Program-made: the position numbers and the translations under genes
Part shown: positions 57,036-64,000 of the stretch, in pieces
Position numbering within the stretch: the stretch's first letter is position 1
Layout: every line of letters begins with the position of its first letter
From: the human T2T-CHM13v2.0 reference genome, Homo sapiens
Assembly (NCBI RefSeq): GCF_009914755.1
Contig: NC_060925.1
Direction: 5' to 3' (one strand)
Length of the DNA stretch: 64,000 bases
The notes under the pieces: model-generated
Database searches by the model: none
Told to the model about the DNA's origin: nothing
Seen by the model: only the letters and a program-made list of their open reading frames with translations

Positions 57036-59731
57036 AAACTTTAATCCTCAAGTCAGCCTTGAAGTTATCAAAATGGTTGTCATCCACATTTTATAAATAA
57101 GGCAAGTGATGCTGGAAAAGATGAAGTATCTTGCTCAAGATAATATTGCTAATGAGTTTTGGAGCTGGGATTTGAACCAGGTCAAATCGACTCTAAAGTT
57201 TGTGGTCTATCCATTATGCTGTGCTGCCCAAGGCAGAAGGAGGGACTTCCTGCAGATGTGTGAGGAATTCTGCAGCTGCTTAAATTACTGCTTTTTCTTC
57301 CTCTGGATAAAATAGCACTTGAAAAACATCATCAAAATGTAAATCTTCAAGTCTAGGTAAGTGGTCTGGCTCAGCTAGCAATGTCGCTCAGACAACTGCG
57401 ACATTAGAACACACTGTGTGTGTCTCTACATTTTTTTTTGTTTTAAATCCAATTAGGCAAACTATTCTTTGGCTCAGGTGATGGTTTTATTTCTCTGGGC
57501 AGATTAGAAAACCAAGAAGCATATGCAGTCTGAGTTCCCAGACAGCTGGGAGTTAGGTGTGTATTGCTGCTTTTAAATTGTAGGCACAAGGGCTTCCAAA
57601 CCAGAGTGAAACTTGAATGTCAAATGAACAGATGCTGTGGTTATAACCCCCAAACCCTCACTTAACCAGCAAACACATGTACTACATTTCCACAGGCAAA
57701 GAAAGTTAAACAATGATCTCACTAAATCAGCCCCAAACCTGCCAGTGAGGCAAAAGAAGTTGTTTCTATTTGAATTATCCAGATTGCCTGTCAGCATGGA
57801 TCACATCCACTGGATAATTGCTGATCTTTTCTCTTTGCTCTGCTTGCATGGCCACAGTCTACAAGTCATTGTTCAGTGGAAACCACCTATTACTGACATG
57901 TTTCTGTCATGGCAATGATCCTGAAATAAGCCAGGGACATTAACCAGAGCTGATAGTCATGTGTGGCTGTGTCTACCATCATCAAAAGTGGGTCTAATCA
58001 ATGGTGCGACACAGAAAGAGATGGTCAGGCTAGTCACAAAACAGGTTTGCAATATATAGTTCCATATCTGGATAATATTAATAAAAAGAAAATTGTAAAA
58101 AAAAATTAACCAGAAAACAAGGAAAGCGACCCAAGTCCTAAAATTCAATATTATTATCCAATAAAATCAGAAAAAGAACAAAATGGGATAAAAATTTCCA
58201 GTCTTTGGCTATACAGGTTGGAAGAACTATGGATCTGAGTGCTATAGATTAGCTGACTATGTTGATCAGATTTTTTGGATATTCTTTATGCAGGTCTGGT
58301 TAACTTGTCCGACAGTAAATTGCACATGGTAAACGTCACAACATGGGAAAGAGTTGACTCTCCTGTATTCTAAACTAAACCTCATAGGAAGGAAGTTCCT
58401 TGGTCTGTGCTGTACAGACCTTCTAGCCTAGAGAAGTCCCACGTACCTGGGAATGACTGCAGATCTTGTTTCGCACAGCAGATGGAATCCAGGGAAGGGA
58501 AGGCAGGCTGCTGCTGGAGAGACATGGAACATTGTGTTAAGCCTGTGCTGACCTGTCATTGGTTCAACTAACAATGGGCCATTGCTTTTCTCCCCGACAT
58601 ATTCCTTTTTAACCCCCCCACCCCCAACCCCCCAGGGAATCAGGCCTTGATATTAGTCATATTTCCCAATTCCGTGTGAAGTTGGTCAGAGGCCGAAAAT
58701 GACTTTTAGTGTGGCGGGTGTTAAATTTTGGTTTATAGCTCTCACTTTGCACCTCTCTAGCTTGGGTAGGCCTTAGAGATTACTGTATATTTTAGTACAG
58801 TTTCATCATTCCCATATATTGCAGTTCCAGGGAATATTGCTTTCTTAAGCCTACAGACTTTTATTATTCTATCCAAAGATGAGGATAAAGTTTCAAAATT
58901 TATTGCCCAACCTGCTTCTGTGAAATACATCCACATCCGCAAGCACGCAGCTGAATGCGCCAAATTGCATGGACATGCACGAATCAGTCAATCACCACCT
59001 GTGAATATACAAGCAATTGATGTGTTGTGAAGATGCAGATGGTTACGCGTGGATGCATATTACAAGCTCCTTTTAACAGAGAAAACACTTTCAAGACAAC
59101 GAGTGCTGTGTTACAAACAAAACATTTGGACTAGTGTTTCTACTTAAAAAGGAGTTTCCTACCATTGTCCTTAACGGGTAGAAATGTTTTAAAACTCAGG
59201 CTACTCTTAAGATGTGGAAAGCACTGTTAAGACAAAACCAAATAAAATGTTACAGTTCCAAAACTTACAGCAGTTCCTTCTGTTTCTTAGTTATATGGAA
59301 TGGTTTAGAAAAAAAACATGTTATTCATGAAAATTTTTGTTTAGAAAACACCTGTGTTGGATTTAGAACAGCCATATCTGGTCAACGAACAGACCTTCCA
59401 GTGACTCACCTTGTGGTTGCAAATACTATCCTCAAATGTAGAAAATTTCTAAAGAAAAATGTGAATTCTACTGAGAATATTAAACAGAGGACTTATTAGA
59501 TTAAAAACACCATGAAATACTAGCTACCACAAAATCTAATGTGCCAGAAAACAGGAGATATGGAACTTCAAAACGATTTTAATATTGTTTTAAGTAAATA
59601 TTTATTGGGTAAGGGCAACTGTTCTGTATCACTCCCCTATTTAGAAAAAACTTGATCCTTTACAAAGTACAAGCAGTGATCCAAGGGGTTGGGACTTACT
59701 CCACAGAGCAGGTGACCATGATGGTGGCTCT

Positions 59732-60470
59732 TGTGGATTTTTCACTTTTATTAACCCCTTGAGAAGTAATGAATCTGGCTACATCTAAATAGAGGTCTGG
59801 CCTGTGCCCTTGGTTTATGGGGAGATAACCTTGAAACCCTTGGAATTTCGCAAGCTTTAAAAATATATATAAAATGTAAGTATTTGTTTTTCATGGTGGG
59901 CCACTGAGACCACACCTAAGAGTTGATTTAATAAGATGACTCAGGGTGAAGCTGGCCACACCTGATAGTCTTTGAGAGAGGGGGTAGGACGTTGGTGATG
60001 CCAGAAAGGCCGACTGTATGATTCGAGGGTGGAGGCTTTTGGTAAGGAAGTATCAGTAGACCTGGAGACTGAGTTCAACCTACGTCATGAGACCTCAATA
60101 AACACTATGGATTCAAAGCTTCTGTGAGCTTCACGGGTGAGCAATACTCTGTGCGTATTGTCACATATCAATGCCCAGTGGGGCAGTGCATCCTGAAGAT
60201 GATGGAGGATTGGTGTTAAGAACCATCTTAGACTCCACCCTATGTGTCTCTTTCTTTGTCTGGTCCTCATTTGTATCCTTTCCCTGTCATAAACATGGCT
60301 ATGAGTATAATAGCTTTTAGTGAGTCCTTTTAGTGACTCTTTCTAGTGGATTATTTAGCTTGAGGGTAGTTTGGGACAACTCCTGAACTTGCAGGGTCAG
60401 AAATCTTGGGCAGACTTGTCAGTCTGGAGGACTGGGCCCTTCACCTCAAAGTATGGCTCATTCCCAGGTA
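59732..60470 (+). mobile_element. MER21C/MER77-like LTR
   Basis: AAACCCTTGGAATTTC...CTGGAGACTGAGTTCAACC...GAGCAATACTCTGTGCGTATTGTCACAT...GAGTATAATAGC. Confidence 0.78.
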
Positions 60471-60647
60471 CCCCTACTTTTGTGGATGTCTAGAACTGAG
60501 CCAGACTAACAAAACCTATTCGTGAAATGTTAATTTGAGGACTGGGGAGGAAGGTCATGTCTCAGACTCATAGCGGAGATGACCCCTGCAAGTGAGGTTC
60601 CCATGCCCATATGAACCTGGTAGGAGTAGAGCTAGAAAGAAAAAATA

Positions 60648-60744
60648 TAGCTGGCCTTTCATATCCATGGAAATCAGTTCTAGGACCTCCAGTGGACACC
60701 CAAATTTGCAGATGCTCAAGTCCCTTATATAAAATGGTCTAGTA
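60648..60744. mobile_element. MER2 fragment
   Basis: CAGATGCTCAAGTCCCTTATATAAAATGG. Confidence 0.8.
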
Positions 60745-61074
60745 GGCCATGCATGGTGGCTCATGCTTGTAATCTCAGCACTTTGGGAGGCCAACATGGG
60801 TGAATCACCTGAGCCCAAGAGTTTGAGACCAGCCTGGGCTACACAGTGAAACCTCGTCTCTGCAAAAAGATACAGAAATTAGTCAGGCGTGGTGGTGTGT
60901 GCCTGTGGTCCCAGCTACTCGGGAGGCTTAGGTGGGAGGATTGCCTGAGCCTCAGAGGTCAAGGCTGCAGTAAGCAAAGACTGCACCACTGCACGCCAGC
61001 CTGGGTAACAGAGCAAGACCCTGTCTCAAGTAAGTAGGTAAGTAAGTAATAAAATAAAATAAAAGTAAAGAAAA
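60745..61074 (+). mobile_element. AluJb
   Basis: GAGCCCAAGAG, GGTGGGAGGATTGC, GGTCAAGGCTGCAG; (AAGT)n/A tail. Confidence 0.92.
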
Positions 61075-61287
61075 GTGGTATACTACATACTGTTTACTGT
61101 TTTTTTCCTACCCAAGGCCCAGGGAGCATGGAAGGACTAGCCAAACCTTGGTTACATGGGAAAAGGACGAGGAAGGAGACTAGCATAGGAAGACAAAGGA
61201 AAAGCCAGAAAAGAAATATAAAGAAGAGACAGAAAGATGTTGCAAGTTACTGCATCAAGTGATTCTTGTATTGCCAAATCCACCATG

Positions 61288-61348
61288 CAGCTAGAGAGAT
61301 TTCAGCTAGAGAGATTTTAGCTGAGAGATTTCAGCTAGAGAGATTTCA
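61288..61348. repeat. 15-bp minisatellite (CAGCTAGAGAGATTT) x4
   Basis: Three perfect units and one with a substitution plus 1-nt deletion. Confidence 0.95.
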
Positions 61349-62744
61349 TATTTGGACATCCACTTATTACATTACAGATGTTTTAGTTTTAATAATATTT
61401 TTACTGAAACATTTCAGAGAATCATATTGATGGAAGTACTATTATACTTCTAAGTGTTGGAGGAAGGAGCAGAAATTACACATTTTTTGGCAGATATGGA
61501 AATGGAAGTCTAGGGAAATTAAATCGCCTGTGGTCATATTCTCCCTTGCAGACAAATATTTTAGAGAATAAAGTCTCAGAAGAAATTCCTCATCACTGAC
61601 AACAACAACAACAACGATTCCAAGAAGAAGCTAGAAAATGGGAAATGAAATGATGTGGAGAAACCAATGAGGAACAACGGTGTTTTTTAAAATTAAAAAC
61701 TGAAATATACACCTGCTAAAACGGGGAAATTAAACAAACACTGTATGATGGAGGGTAATAAAAGAAAATATTTCACCAAGAAAAAATTTCAGGATTATAT
61801 CAAAGTGTTCCTTTGAAATTGATAAAAATCCTTTTCTTCATTTCTTCTCTCTCCCTCAGAAGCTTTATCCTTTCATTAGAAGTCAGCCATGTGCGGGAAT
61901 TATTGATAGCTGCAATATTTCATCTTGTCTTTTTAAATAAGTCACTGCAATGCATGCACATCCTGTGATCTGTGCTGAGGTTTCTAAGAAATGTTCTCCG
62001 TTTCTTGGTGCAGCTGTTCCATGGTTGACCCCAGTTGCATTAGTGATATTAGGAGAGGTGGGTTGAGTTGTTAAAGGATTAGCTTGGTTTGCTGGTCACT
62101 GATGATGAAGGGAAAAGCTGAGGAAATATTTTTAGCCAAAATTTTAGCCCATGTACTTTGTTATTTGTTTGGATGGCAACCCATGAGTGAAATAGTATTG
62201 TAATGACTACTGGACAAATGAAGGCTTGAAAGAGTTACTGAAAGTCATACTCGTATCAAATGGCAGAGTTGAAACTCAAACATGCTGCCACTATCCACTG
62301 TTTGCTAGAACTCTCAAGTCCCTGTATCTGCAATTGAGGAAAGAATAGTATTACACAATCTTGCACTGCCCACTGCCAGCCCTAAGCACAGTAGATACTA
62401 CTGCCTTTCATTTTACTGTAGGACAAAATCTCTTGGTCTATGCCAGGGACATCAGTGTAAAAACTAGATGCATAGGAAAAGTAGGTCACAGAAAGTTAAG
62501 CATGTCGTGTCCCTGCCCTCCTTATCATCCTCTGAACCAACCCTCTCCATTCCTCCGCTGAAGCCCCTCTCTGCTCTTCCTTTTTCCGTATCTGGATGGC
62601 TCTCCTCCTGCCTGGCTTCATTTCCAAATCTTTCCCCTAAAGCCCAACTGAAATCCCACTTTTCCATGAAATTCTTCCTGAATCATTCAATCTTTATCTT
62701 TTCCCGTTTTCTCTGAACCCCTGTCAAGTAAAATGTAGCCATTG

Positions 62745-62940
62745 TGCAGTGGAAATTGCATCAGGCTGGGAATCAGAAGTCTCTGGTTATAGTCCTTCTG
62801 TTCTGAAACCGACAAGTTCAGGCTCCTTAAACAAGTCATGTAACTTCTTCAGGTCTGTTTCTGCTGCTGCAAAATGGGATGGGGAACATCAGAATAAATG
62901 TTCTTTAAGGGCCATAATCAAAATGAATAATACGTAATTT
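62745..62940 (+). mobile_element. MIR
   Basis: CAGGCTGGGAATCAGAAG...CTTAAACAAGTCA...CTGCAAAATGGGA. Confidence 0.65.
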
Positions 62941-63100
62941 TTTCACATAGTTAGGTACACATGGTTAGATACATGGTTAGAACATTTATCAGGACTACTT
63001 CATTCGTAAATTTTGTTTCTACAGTAAAATTTATAAGCCATATTATAAATTTCCTTTATAACCCCACAAGGCCTGGTTCATTGATAAATTTGGTTATACT

Positions 63101-63393
<293 letters not shown>

Positions 63394-63431
63394 ATTGGTT
63401 ATACTTTGATTGATTGGAAAATCACTTTGTG

Positions 63432-64000
<569 letters not shown>

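Overview
Hominoid-type (human or great ape) genomic DNA. I found no recognisable protein-coding gene, RNA gene, CpG island or CRISPR-like array. The window is a mosaic of interspersed repeats. These include 20 Alu copies or fragments (J, S and Y), a ~2.9 kb L1PA13-15-like element carrying two nested Alus, a very young 5'-truncated L1PA2/3-like stub, and older L1M, L2, L3/CR1 and MIR fragments. There are also about 16 LTRs (MLT1, MST, MER21, MER34, MER57, MER61, MER65, LOR1, LTR16 and ERVL types) and DNA transposons (MER5, MER20 x2, MER44, MER2, MER96B, MADE1, MARNA). Almost all ORFs in the supplied track are Alu-, L1- or microsatellite-derived or chance ORFs; only the L1 ORF2 remnants are true coding relics. 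LTRs lie about equally on both strands, which fits intergenic DNA better than an intron. I cannot support a new multi-gene biological system here. The best unexplained signals are small structural ones: a 65-bp inverted templated copy inserted into an L2, a CpG-retaining 134-bp imperfect palindrome, two near-perfect short palindromes, a candidate ATG-containing exon or conserved element at about 3.9 kb, motif-dense enhancer-like stretches, and several unusual TE junctions. All repeat family calls were made by eye from remembered consensus sequences and need RepeatMasker/Dfam confirmation.
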